DNA of 64,000 nucleotides from Tetramitus jugosus (taxonomy: Eukaryota > Protista > Heterolobosea). Positions 22,501 to 33,448 of the stretch are shown here, one piece after another. A program made the translations under genes and the position numbers. Positions within the stretch are counted from its first letter, which is position 1, and the number at the start of each line of letters is the position of its first letter. The DNA lies in assembly GCA_937625935.1 (NCBI GenBank), contig OW569364.1, forward strand, positions 441,257 to 505,256, given 5' to 3'. The notes below the pieces were generated by a model. The model had not been told where the DNA came from, searched no databases, and saw nothing but the letters and a program-made list of their open reading frames with translations.

Positions 22501-23265
22501 CTCTGAATGGCGCAACTGATTCGATGAGTAAATGTTGAGTGATTGAACTGAACTTAGCTTAAATGATTCATCATCATCATCATCATCACTCTTATCATTG
22601 TCATCATAGTCTTGTGACTCATCAATGAATGATGAATCATTATTGCTATAAAATTCTTCATCTTCTTCTTCGTTTTGATGATGAATGTTGTCAGTAGTAG
22701 TAGTAGTAGTAATAGTAGGATTACTGATGATATGGCTGTTGGTCATGTTGTGGTTGGTGAATTGTTGGTGAAGCTCTTCATTATCATCAGTATCATTACT
22801 ATAAGTGAAAAATTCATCATCATCATCATCATGCTCTTCTTCTTCTTCTTCTTCCTCTGTTGTATCATATGCTTCTTCATGCAATGACGATGATAATGAT
22901 ACTTGAGTTTTTACAGTTGGTGGAGAGTGATTGTTGTTGGTTTCAACGGCATGTTGTTGCTGTTGAGCTAATTTGTTCAAATTTTGCTGTTGTTGCTGCT
23001 GTTTGAGAGCTGAGATAGAACTGTCGGAGAAATAAGACACAGGATCGAGTTGGTGAGGGTGATTGGTTGGGTGGAACCTGTTGGTTGTTACCAGGTCATC
23101 TTCAGCCATTGTTGGTGATGTGCTGTGGATATTATTATGGTGGTGGTGATGATGAGTGGTTTGTGCGAAATGAATTCTCTCCAGTAGGTTAAAATATTTG
23201 GGTTGTTGTTGAGTTTGGAGTTGGTGTTGTGCTTGTGAGGAATTTTTTTGTTCGTTTTGCGCCAT
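19503..23265 (-). CDS. GRAM + VASt/StART-like domain lipid-transfer protein (GRAMD1/LAM family), 2 exons (intron 22073-22166)
   Basis: GRAM: QGRMYISQNYVCFTSNIFG and FFGSFVFRD. VASt: SPVSNPIGPK and DVPYADCF. C-terminal TM segments. Confidence 0.85.
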
Positions 23266-23657
23266 TGAAACCTAGCTATTTTTATATTTGAGCTGAGGCG
23301 GGATTCTTTTTGAGCGAACTGGTGGTGTGATAACTTGAGTTCAAATGATGGTGTCGATGCAGAGATTGGTTGCATGAGAGATCATTCAAGGATATCATCA
23401 AAGTTATAAACAAGGAATCATATACAGTAGAAATCTCTTTTCTTCACAATATGCACAATAGGTCCGGATCTTCCAGTTTGGAGAGTTCGTTTTTTGTCAC
23501 TTGTCATCCTTTTTTCTTGTTTCGAGTTGAGAGAAGAAGATTTCCCTCCGGAAGAAAAACAAAGAAGAAGCCAACCAATCAAAACAACACCATTATCATC
23601 GATTAGGAAAATCCTTCTATCCCCAACCAACCTACCATATATCGATATAGATTTTGA

Positions 23658-25136
23658 ATGCTAGAAAACAAGTCAATTGGGGCTCGATACACCTATACCA
23701 ATGTTTCATTGCGGACTTTTTCACTGTGTGCAGTGTTCATGGTGTATGTTCTGTTGATGCTGTATGCAGTGTTGGGTCTGCTCGTTGGATCCTACAATTC
23801 AGTGACTTGGCAAAAAGGAACTTGTCATGTTTTGTCCTATTCCAATCACACTACTAGTAGCAGTAGCACCAGTGGTAGCGATTTGCAAAGTGAGATTGAT
23901 AACGCAGAAATTTCTTCTTCTTTGCAGCGATTCGTGCTTCAACCAAGATTTCTTTGTGCTTCTGCTAGTGTTCACTATGTGTCGTCACAAGATCAATTGA
24001 AAGAAGTGAGCGCATCCAACTGGATATATCATTATAACCGAACAGACACTGAAATGTATTATTGTGCTGTTCGTGCGACACAAAAGAAAAACAAATCGTT
24101 GCTTGAAAAGAGTGTGCTGAGTTGTGTACAGGAGGAAATTGTTGCACGCCCGTCCAATTATTCTTATAATTGTACGATGAATATGGTGGAGAGCAATGGT
24201 GGTGAATATGTATGGGAGTGGGGAGCTGCATTGAAGAAACGAAGTGAAAATGTACACTCGTTTTTGGTCATTGTGTTGCCTGTAATGATTACAGCTCTCG
24301 TTGTTATCGTTGCTTCATTCATCTCACTCTTGTTCATCAAGATTCGAAAAGATCACAATAGCAATAACAAAAAGGTGTCTCTATGGGAGTATCTAGGACC
24401 CAGAGATGAGAGCACGGGTGTAGATATGACTGGTTATGAGTTTGTGAAGAGTATTCCGTTCGCGAGCTACCAGAAGAAAATGGTTCACATTATGCAGCGG
24501 AGTCGAGGACTTAGAGCGGATGGCAGTGGTGATTCGTGTGCGGGTGAACAAGAACCGTTTCCACCTCAAGATGTTCCACCTTCTCCCGTGAGCAAGGATG
24601 AAGAACAAGTCATTGATAATGATGTTCTGTGGACGTATAGACCGCCTGTTATGGGGCAATTGGCAAACAGGAAATCCGCACTTGCGATCTATTTGATAAT
24701 CATGGCTGTACTATTCGGATTTCTGTCGCTGTGTATCACTGGTGGTGTGCGGAATCAAAGCTTTTTGATCTCATTCCTCTGTTTGTACTGCGTTTTATTG
24801 ATGGTCGTGTGCACAGTCATGTTTTATCATACGGTGAGCAGGACAATGTACATAATGACAGTGGATCGAATCTTTGTGATATACAACAGATTCTTTTCGA
24901 TACACATTTACTGCATCGAAACGAATAAGCTAGACCATGTGGACTACAATATTGAGGGCAAGAATGTTGTTCTGGGCAAGGTCGTTCTCCAGCACAATGT
25001 GTTTGTTCCCATTCAGTTCGACTATGTTGTCGATGTGAACTATGTTCGCTCCGTCGTTGAAGGCAACAGAGCTACCACCCAAACACCCTTTGACTTTCAC
25101 CAACACCGGAGTCATGCCATCGACTATTTTGACTGA
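23658..25136 (+). CDS. Multi-pass membrane protein of unknown function
   Basis: 492-aa ORF with about four TM segments. The C-terminal LWTYRP..TM-TM..YIMTVDRIF pattern resembles bacterial PH-like membrane proteins (weak). Confidence 0.65.
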   Translation: MLENKSIGARYTYTNVSLRTFSLCAVFMVYVLLMLYAVLGLLVGSYNSVTWQKGTCHVLSYSNHTTSSSSTSGSDLQSEIDNAEISSSLQRFVLQPRFLCASASVHYVSSQDQLKEVSASNWIYHYNRTDTEMYYCAVRATQKKNKSLLEKSVLSCVQEEIVARPSNYSYNCTMNMVESNGGEYVWEWGAALKKRSENVHSFLVIVLPVMITALVVIVASFISLLFIKIRKDHNSNNKKVSLWEYLGPRDESTGVDMTGYEFVKSIPFASYQKKMVHIMQRSRGLRADGSGDSCAGEQEPFPPQDVPPSPVSKDEEQVIDNDVLWTYRPPVMGQLANRKSALAIYLIIMAVLFGFLSLCITGGVRNQSFLISFLCLYCVLLMVVCTVMFYHTVSRTMYIMTVDRIFVIYNRFFSIHIYCIETNKLDHVDYNIEGKNVVLGKVVLQHNVFVPIQFDYVVDVNYVRSVVEGNRATTQTPFDFHQHRSHAIDYFD

Positions 25137-25303
25137 TGAAACAATTCATGAGGCCACAAAGAAACAAAACTGCGAGTCGCACGAACATGCAAAAAACACT
25201 GGTGTGTTCATGATTTGGTTGGCAATCGACATCATCCATAAAAAACCTTTTCACACGAACAAACAACCTTGTTCATCAAAGCTCCTTCCAGATATCTCCA
25301 AAA

Positions 25304-26671
25304 ATGAACTCCTCTGCTGTTCCTTCCCTCAAAGTGCCGCTCATAGTATGCCTTATCGTAGCATGCAGCTCCTTTCCATTCAGTCTTTTGCACTATTTCC
25401 TGCCTCAAATGTTGCAGAAGCAGTTCAATATATCTAATGAAGATTTGGGACTCTATTCTGGCTTGGTTGACTTTGCCGACTCGTTCACAAGCTTCATTAG
25501 CTCTGCTTTCGTGGGCTATTTGTCTGATATCTATGGTAAAAAACCATTGTTGGTTGTTTCGCTGTTGTGTAGCTTTTTGCGGTTGGTTCTGTATGCGTTT
25601 ATACGTGATGTGAGGTTGTTGATTGGTGTGGAGTGCCTTTATGGCTTTGTGAATTGCACATCTGTGATGGTCACTGCTCTGATGGTTGAGTTTTCAACCA
25701 ATGAAAACAGAGTCAGATTGTTTGGTTACATGACAGCGTCCTATGCTCTGTCTCGGTCTCTGAGCTCACTAGTTGGTGGGTTGCTCGTCCATTTTGAGAG
25801 TGGATTCAAGGTTGACAATCCATATGCCATTTACTCTCTGTTGTCTGCTTGTTTGACACTGGTGTCCATTGTTTTGTCTCATGACATACCATTGTCGTCG
25901 TCACTTGAACAACCAAGGAGCAGCAACTCGAACACACAAGACGATCTATATTATCCCAATTCCACACTGCCTGAAAACTTGCAACGGTTTTTACAGAATT
26001 GGTTCAAGGAGTTGAAGTGGGTGTCTAACAAGAAGGCATTGCTATTGATCATGTGTCGCGGCATGATCTCGTTTGCCTCTTCAACACTGCTATGGACATT
26101 GTTTGCTTTTACTCCGTTGAGAGATTATGGCTTAGACTTGAGTTCTCTCAAAGTTGGTCTCATTTTTATGATGTATGGACTCATAAGCTTCGGTTTCCAG
26201 TTTGTGCTGTTTGATCGTGTCGTGGGTGCACTCGGACTACGTGGAACGTTTATCTTGGGTGGTTTTCTATCTGCGACTCAACTACTGTTACTACCAATAT
26301 CGCCACTGCCCTATTGGAGCTCGGACTATCAGCCACTGAACCTCAATGCCTCTCTGTATGTGGTCACCTTTATTTCGATTGGTGTTGCTCTGTATGCAGT
26401 TGGAGAAGTGATGAGGCCAGCGTTGGATGCTATGATTGTCAATACGACAGATTTGGGAAAGCAAGGAATCGTTCAGGGTGTATCTCGCATGTCTCACGTT
26501 TTTTGTGACGCGGTTGGAAGTATTATCGTTGGATGGTTGTATTCTTACTTCGTTCGAACTGGACATCCAATCTATGTGTTTGTTTTCTCAGCAACCTTTT
26601 ATTTGGTTCCTGCACTTGTCGTGTACAGAATGGACAATACTTTGGAAGTACATAAGTCCACGCGCAGATAA
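25304..26671 (+). CDS. Major facilitator superfamily transporter
   Basis: Motif A GYLSDIYGKKPLL, about 12 TM helices, QGIVQGV. Confidence 0.9.
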   Translation: MNSSAVPSLKVPLIVCLIVACSSFPFSLLHYFLPQMLQKQFNISNEDLGLYSGLVDFADSFTSFISSAFVGYLSDIYGKKPLLVVSLLCSFLRLVLYAFIRDVRLLIGVECLYGFVNCTSVMVTALMVEFSTNENRVRLFGYMTASYALSRSLSSLVGGLLVHFESGFKVDNPYAIYSLLSACLTLVSIVLSHDIPLSSSLEQPRSSNSNTQDDLYYPNSTLPENLQRFLQNWFKELKWVSNKKALLLIMCRGMISFASSTLLWTLFAFTPLRDYGLDLSSLKVGLIFMMYGLISFGFQFVLFDRVVGALGLRGTFILGGFLSATQLLLLPISPLPYWSSDYQPLNLNASLYVVTFISIGVALYAVGEVMRPALDAMIVNTTDLGKQGIVQGVSRMSHVFCDAVGSIIVGWLYSYFVRTGHPIYVFVFSATFYLVPALVVYRMDNTLEVHKSTRR

Positions 26672-26757
26672 GATAAATGAATAACTTAACTCAAGCTCAA
26701 TTTTTGCTTGTCTTGTCGCTGTGCCACACAACCAAAACTAACTAAAAACCAAAATGT

Positions 26758-26839
26758 CGCCCACTGTAGGATTCGAACCTACGCGGGATGAACCCAACGC
26801 ATTAGCAGTGCGCCGCCTTAACCACTCGGCCAAATGAGC
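26758..26839 (-). tRNA. tRNA-Ser(GCT)
   Basis: GCTCATTTGGCCGAGTGGTTAAGGCGGCGCACTGCTAATGCGTTGGGTTCATCCCGCGTAGGTTCGAATCCTACAGTGGGCG. Cloverleaf with anticodon GCT, long variable arm, G discriminator and TTTT terminator. Confidence 0.95.
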
Positions 26840-26897
26840 TTGATATATTCCGATATATTACCCCGATATTACAACCAAATATATCAACCAACCCGAC

Positions 26898-27223
26898 GTG
26901 GGGAAGGAGATACGAGGGAGGATATCACTACGGCACTCCAAAGGTCGGGATGCAAGCCAAAAGACGCTGTAAAGAGGGTAGAAAATGTGATCAACAACAC
27001 CAAAAGAATGTGCATCAAAGCACTCCACACGCTGTTCACTGCCTCAAAGGAACGGTGGAGAGAAACAATGATCAGCACTACAAATGTTAGTCCTCACGGA
27101 CTTGAAGACGATAGGGAGTGATACGATACTCTGCACCGTGACGGTGCAGAGTAGAATTGCTTCTAAAATGTTGTAAAGAATAAAGTGGCAACGCCAGGTT
27201 GTATGGAAAAAAAAAAAAAAATA
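26898..27223 (+). mobile_element. 5'-truncated non-LTR retroelement upstream of tRNA-Ser
   Basis: TSD CAACCAACCCGAC at 26885-26897 and 27224-27236. Coding tail NNTKRMCIK resembles NAMKRSCIK of the 15.4-kb element. Ends GAATAAAGTGGCAAC..GTTGTATGG then poly(A). Confidence 0.85.
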
Positions 27224-27432
27224 CAACCAACCCGACACACAAAATGCATTCTGGGCTGAAGCTTGTGATGTACGTAGTTAGTCAAACCTAAGGGGAACTA
27301 TGATACTATGATGCACCTGTCTACAGAGTGTTGACACACCAAAATGATTTTCCGATCCAAAAAAACACCGCTTCTTCACACAACAAAAAAAAACACAACG
27401 AATCAACAGACTCAGAGAGAGGACCAACAACA

Positions 27433-28314
27433 ATGCATCGTCAACTGTTTCGCAAGGCAACACACCATGCTACTGCCACCACCACCAAACGTTCCACATC
27501 ACTCCAATGTCATCCATCACTACCACTATTGACTAACAACCACCACATGATGAACCACAACCACAACAACAACTCTAACCATAACACTAACAACAATACT
27601 CAACAAGTACGTTCCATGGTATTCAACAAACTTGTCATGCCAGGACCCAAATCACTCGATCAAATCGTAAAAATGAACCTCCTAGAGAAGCAAACAGCAG
27701 AAGACATTAAAGTCATATGGTACAAGTATCATGCAGCAACCAATGACGTGTTGGCTCACACATTAACCACTGAACAATATCGTTTATTGGAGGTACGTGG
27801 TCGTGCATGCCCCATGTTTGTTCTACCCATTTTTAGAAACATTGGTTTTCAAAACATGGTTCTCCAATTTCAGAATGATCATGTGCTGTATAGTTCATTG
27901 CGCGAATTTCAAAAAATTGGAGAGTTTGCGACACCGTATCTCACATTGACTCACTATCAAGAATTTTCTCAGTCAAAGAATATTGTGTTGATGAGAGGGG
28001 AGGTCAACACAAAGGAGATTGATAAGCAACAGGCAAAGGAAACAGTGGAAATCATGTATCGATTCTATTTGGACGATGTGTTGTTTAGAGATTTTGTGGA
28101 ACCGTTCAACAAGGCTCCTCACTTGTTCTCGTTCCAGAATTTGATGAATGCGGTTCAAACGGTGCGACCTCCAAAGATTACAAAATCAAAGCTCATGGAC
28201 AAATTCGATGGCAAGTATGTCAATACGAAGCAATATGATCAGAATCAGCAATCAAAAGACACTTCTGTGCATCCTTCTATTGCTGCTGTCAAGGATTGGA
28301 ACAATAAGAGATAA
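27433..28314 (+). CDS. ATP11: Mitochondrial F1-ATPase assembly factor Atp11/ATPAF1
   Basis: Arg/Thr-rich presequence, PKSLDQIVK..IWYKYH, CPMFVLPIFR, KNIVLMRGEV. Confidence 0.9.
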   Translation: MHRQLFRKATHHATATTTKRSTSLQCHPSLPLLTNNHHMMNHNHNNNSNHNTNNNTQQVRSMVFNKLVMPGPKSLDQIVKMNLLEKQTAEDIKVIWYKYHAATNDVLAHTLTTEQYRLLEVRGRACPMFVLPIFRNIGFQNMVLQFQNDHVLYSSLREFQKIGEFATPYLTLTHYQEFSQSKNIVLMRGEVNTKEIDKQQAKETVEIMYRFYLDDVLFRDFVEPFNKAPHLFSFQNLMNAVQTVRPPKITKSKLMDKFDGKYVNTKQYDQNQQSKDTSVHPSIAAVKDWNNKR

Positions 28315-28336
28315 ATGAACTTGTTTGGTTTTACTA

Positions 28337-31300
28337 TTAGTTGGTGTGTTGACCGCGGTTGTACGTGTTGGATCTCGCAAATTGCTCATACTTTCGTCTC
28401 CATTTCTCTCCCTCTTCCTTTGCATTGGACAGTTGAATCTTGAACAAGTTCATTCGTTCTTCGAGGTTCGACTTTTCATTTCTCAAAATGTTCAATTCAT
28501 TCTCATAAAACTTCTTGTTGTCTCTCAGTTGAGTAAAGCTGGATGAATGAGATAATTGATCTTTCAATTGAGAGATGAGAGCTCGCAATTCGCTGATTTC
28601 TTGTTCCGATTCCTTCAGTTGAGCAGCCATCTGGGTCACATCTGAATTTTCTCGAAGTGTTGATTGGAGTTGCATCGCTTGATGTTGAGAGTACAACTGT
28701 TGATACTTGCTCTGAGCAATCAATATCTCGTTTTTCATTTGATTCAGTTTGGACTCAAAGGTACGGTTTTCATTTGCGGCATTAATCTCTTGCTGCTGCA
28801 TCTGAGTTCTAATCTTTGTGTTTTCTTCTCTCAACATATCTATATTGATGTTTCCTCGCTCAGTCACAGAGTCATACTTGGCAGCCAAGGTTGCATAGTC
28901 TTGTTGTAGCGTTCTCTTCTGTTCTCGATTCAAAATGAGGTCTTGTTCCGCGCGAGCCAATTGCTGCTGCAGTTGTTCAAAGTTTGTTCTGTTTTGCGAC
29001 TCCTGTTGAGAGGATGTTATTTTCAAGCTATACAATGACTCATTCAAAGTAATTATTGTTTCTTTCAATTCTGATTTCTCTGAAGAACATATTTCTAATT
29101 GTTCACTAATCTTTTGGCAGTTGATTTCCAACTCCTCGTTCTTTTCCTGAGATTGGGTTAGTTTATCCAGAACTTCATTCTTTTGTTTCTCTATCTTCTT
29201 GATTTGTTGTCGCAATTCCTCTTTCTCCTGATTCACAACTAGTTTCCAGCTGTCCCTATCTTTTCGAACTGATTCATTCTCAGCTTCATAAACGTTCAAC
29301 CTTTGTATTTTCGATTGCAACTCGATGTCTAAACGGTGTTTTTCCTCATTCAACATTTTCTCCTTGGATTTAAATGATTCAATGACTGATTCGAACTGCT
29401 TGTTAATTTCAACGATGCTATTCTTGTAGGACAAGTCCTGTTGAGAGAGTTTTAGTTGAACCTCATCCCGTTCTCTCTTAATCGAGTCAACCTGATCATT
29501 CAGCGTTTGAATTCTATTCTTCAAATCAATTATTTGTTGTTGATTATTTTTTGTCTCTATTTCATGCTGTACCTGTTGTAACTCGAGAGATTCAGTCAGA
29601 GACTGAACGGTGTTGTTCAGTTTCAAAATTGTCATTTTCTGAGTTTTCACCTCATCAACTCCAACTTGCTTCAACTCCTTCAATTGTTTCTGTAATCCTT
29701 CACTCTCTCGCTGAATATCATTCTTTTGTTTCCTCAATGTTTCAATGTGATTCTGCAATTGGTCAATCTCCTGCTTTAGAGCTTCGCATCTCTCTTGCAA
29801 CAATTTTTCTCTTGATTCTGATATAGCGAGTCTTGATTGAGTTTCCTTAGAGATATCCTCTATTGAAATAGCCATTTTCTCTTGAATACTCCTATTCTGA
29901 ATCTTTAGGGTAGATACTTGTTTAAACAGTTCCTCTCTTTCTTGAGTTTCTTCCTCTAATTGATTCTTCAATTCTTGAACTCTGTTTGATTGTTGCTCCA
30001 TATCAGCAGTTTGTTGATTGTACTTGGATTTGATAATTGAATATTCTTGGTTGGTTGTTTCTAACTCATTCTGAAGAACCTTAAGTTGATGACTGAGGAT
30101 TTGCTCTGCGTTCGATACTTGATCCTCGATTTGTACATACTCGTCCAATAGTCCTGATACTTGAGGATTTAATTTTGAAAGATTGGAAGATAAGAAAGAG
30201 ATTTGACTACCCAAAGCACGTATTCGATCATCTCTTTCCTCCAATGCCTGTTTTACTCTCTTCATTTCATCATCATGTTTTTCTCGGAAATCTTCTAGAT
30301 GCTCTTTTACTACTCTCTCTCGTGATTCGCATTTCTTCTGAGAGTTGATCAACTCTGCAATCTTAGATTCTAACTTTCCAGTAACAACTGCCCTTTCAGA
30401 TTCACTTTCGACTTGAATTCTCTTCACCGCTCTCTGGGAATGAGTAAGAGACTCTTGAAGTTGCTCAATAGTGCTTTTCATAGCTCCTATTTGCTCCTTC
30501 AATGATTTAATCTCGTGTTCGTAAGTGAATCGTTCCTTGTTATGGATAGATTCTTTGTTGTTCAATTCATCTGTCAGTTCTTTGATATTGTTTTGAAGAA
30601 GAGAGATTTGCAACTCTGAGGAGAGTTTCTCGTTCTTGAAATCCTCTATTTGTTGGACAATCTCTTTCTCAACGTTCATCTGTTTCTCATTATATATCAC
30701 TATCTCCATATTTAACTCATTGATCGTTTTTTCATATTCTTGGTGTTTCATTTCGACTTCATTCCATTTCTCCTCATTGGTTCTTCTATATTCCCCAAGT
30801 ATTTTTCTCTGATTGTCATTATCGTCTTTCAGGTTATTGATTAGTGCTTCGTATTGTTTCTTCTCCATTTCCCTTTCCTGGAACTTTTGGGATGCCTTCT
30901 CTTTCTGCCTCTCTATCTCATTCAATAAAGAAACAATCTCTTCTTTACTATCCTTCAACTTCTTTTGTTCTACTTTATTTGTTCTCTCAAGGTCTAGCAA
31001 TTTTTCTTCCAATGATTCATTGAAACTCTTCATTTCTCTGACATTGTCGTGTAATGCCATAATTATTGATTCTTTCTGTGAAACCTTCGACTCAGTAGTG
31101 AGTCTGTATTGTTCAAAGTCGTGAGTGACGATTGAATAGTTTCTTCTCAATGAATCTAACTGCTCCTCTAACGTAACAACCTTCAAGTTGTCCTGTTCCT
31201 TCTCAATATTCAGGTCAGATAAAGTTTCCAAGGTTGTAGAAAGTTTCTCTCTGCTCAGGCTATACTTCTCATGAAGGGATTCGTTCTCCTCTTGGAGAGT

Positions 31301-33176
31301 TAATGTCAAATTCTGAAGTTCATCAAACTTCGTTTTCAAATCTAATCTGTCCTTCTTCAGTAATTCCATTTCGATATCAGTCTTTGACTTCAATTTCTCT
31401 AGTTCAGCTTCAAGTAGTTGTTTTTCATTTGTCATAATAGCAAGCTCACGACTTCCTTTTGATACTTGTTGGGAATACTCTTCGATTTGGTTGTTCTTTT
31501 CCTCTAATTCTCTCTTAAGACTTGTCAGTTCGGTGCTCAGTCTGTGGTGTGAAGACTCCAGCGTAGAGAGGGATTTACTCATTGAATCGTAACTCTCAGT
31601 CTGTTTCTTTACTTCCAGTTGAGTATTTTGGGTTAAGATCTGACATCTCTCTTGTACCTGAACCTTCTCAGCGACCAATTGTTGGATCCTCTGATTTAAT
31701 ACTACAATCTCTTGCTCATAGTTGTCAGTAGAGGCCTTATGTTGATTAAGTTGCTCTGCTTTGCTCTCTTTAAGCAAATGATACTGCTCTAGAATCTCTG
31801 ACAATTCTTTTCGTAACTGATCTTCGATCAATTCATTCTGTTTCTTGGCTTCTTCGAGCAACCTTCGAGTATTCGCTGATTCGCTGATTTCTTTTTGGAG
31901 ATCTGCGACTAGCGACTCGCTCTTCTGCTTGTACTCTTCCAATTCTGAGCACATGTTACTATTCTTCTCCTCTTGATCTTGCAGTCTAAAATTCAAGGAC
32001 TTCATGTCATCGTTCAATTTTTCAACAAGTCCTGTCAAATTACTATTCTCTTCTTTCAGTTTTCTTCCCTCAGCCAGAGATAGATTCAACTTGTATTCGA
32101 GATTATCCAGCAATTTTGCGTACTCTTCTGCTACTTCTCTGTCTGTTCGCGATTCTTGTTGAATATCTATGCTCGATAGGTGAGTCATCTGAAGATCTCT
32201 TTGCACATTTTCAATTTCCAATTTTAATTCTTGGATTTTGAAATGAAGTTTATCCTCTCTGGCAGCCGAAGAAGTTAGTTGTATGGTTAAGTTCTCCTTA
32301 TCCGATAGCAAGCTTCCTATCTCTCTTTTTTGCGCTCCAACTGTCTTCTCCACCTCTTGGATGTACTCTTTCAACTCATCGACTCTCTTTTCTCTGTGTG
32401 CGAGATCCGCCCTTATATTCCCAATATTTTCTTCCATGACTTTCATGTCTAGAACCATTTGGTTCTTGTCTGTTCTCAATGAATCGAGACGCTCCTGCAA
32501 GTGCACTATTTCTGCCTCTTTGGTTTCGATAGAACCCTTAAGTTGGAGGATAAATATTTCATCGTTGTGGGATACTTCTGTCTTCTCTTTGATTACCATG
32601 TATTGGGTTTGAACTTCCTTTCGAAGAATTAAAATCTCGTCCTCCAGGCTTTCCATCTACCATGCAATCGGGATCTAAGTTTAACTACAAGCTTTCATCT
32701 ACAAAAATTAATTCTTGACTACATACTTGTTCCTTTAAATACTCGTTTTGCTCCCTCTTTTTCTCATTGTCCTGTTTGAGTTTTTCATACTTTTCTCTCA
32801 GACCTGTAAACTCTACTGACTCTGCCTCAAACAATTGAGATCTCGACAAGGATTTGTCTAGAGAGGAGCTTCTTCTATTTGGCGATCGTTGAGGAGACAT
32901 ATCCACCTCTTCTCTATCTTCCATCTCCCTCGGTAATGGAGAAGAAGAAGGATTCAATTGCCTGGACAAGGGCAATGAAGCAGGAGACAATATGTGCTGT
33001 TGTAACCTTTGCGTCGTTTGAGACAAGGCACTCGCGACAGGAGATGATACTGGAGAAGTTTGAATATTACTGGTGTTAATATTCATGTTGTGCAGGATTT
33101 TGTTCATGTCCCTCAAGGCTTTCACTTGTTCTCTCGTGTTCGAGGTCTGTATGATCGCAGTTAGCTCTATTTCCAT
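28337..33176 (-). CDS. Very long coiled-coil protein (over 1550 aa; intron 32657-32726; 5' end uncertain, possibly a mini-exon at 33222-33251)
   Basis: Continuous E/K/Q/L heptad pattern. GTATGT..GGTAG intron joins EQ|MES in frame. Confidence 0.8.
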
Positions 33177-33448
33177 ATATGAATTCGAAAATCATTGATA
33201 TGAACAAAACAAACAACTTACATTGATAGCAAAGGGGAATGACGAATTCATGTTGAAAATTTGTTGTCTCTCAGTGAGAGTGCGATTCAACTGTAGTGTG
33301 ATCAAGACCTCGATGCACGTCGGAGTCTTTTCCGAAATACCGAAAAAAATTCCAAAGAAAGTTTGAACTGAGTCTTGCACCCCAGCATAAAAAAATGTAC
33401 CTGCCGCTTTGCCACATAAAACACAAATAACAAAACAACAAGAACAAC

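Noticed and set aside
22380-23160. Trinucleotide runs (CAT/CTT/GTT), also at 27530-27600 and 44480-44520
   Set aside because: Ordinary coding low-complexity poly-D/E/Q/N/H tracts.
26834-27121. 95-aa ORF as a standalone gene
   Set aside because: Its ATG lies within the tRNA antisense strand. Only the part after 26898 is the retroelement ORF2 tail.
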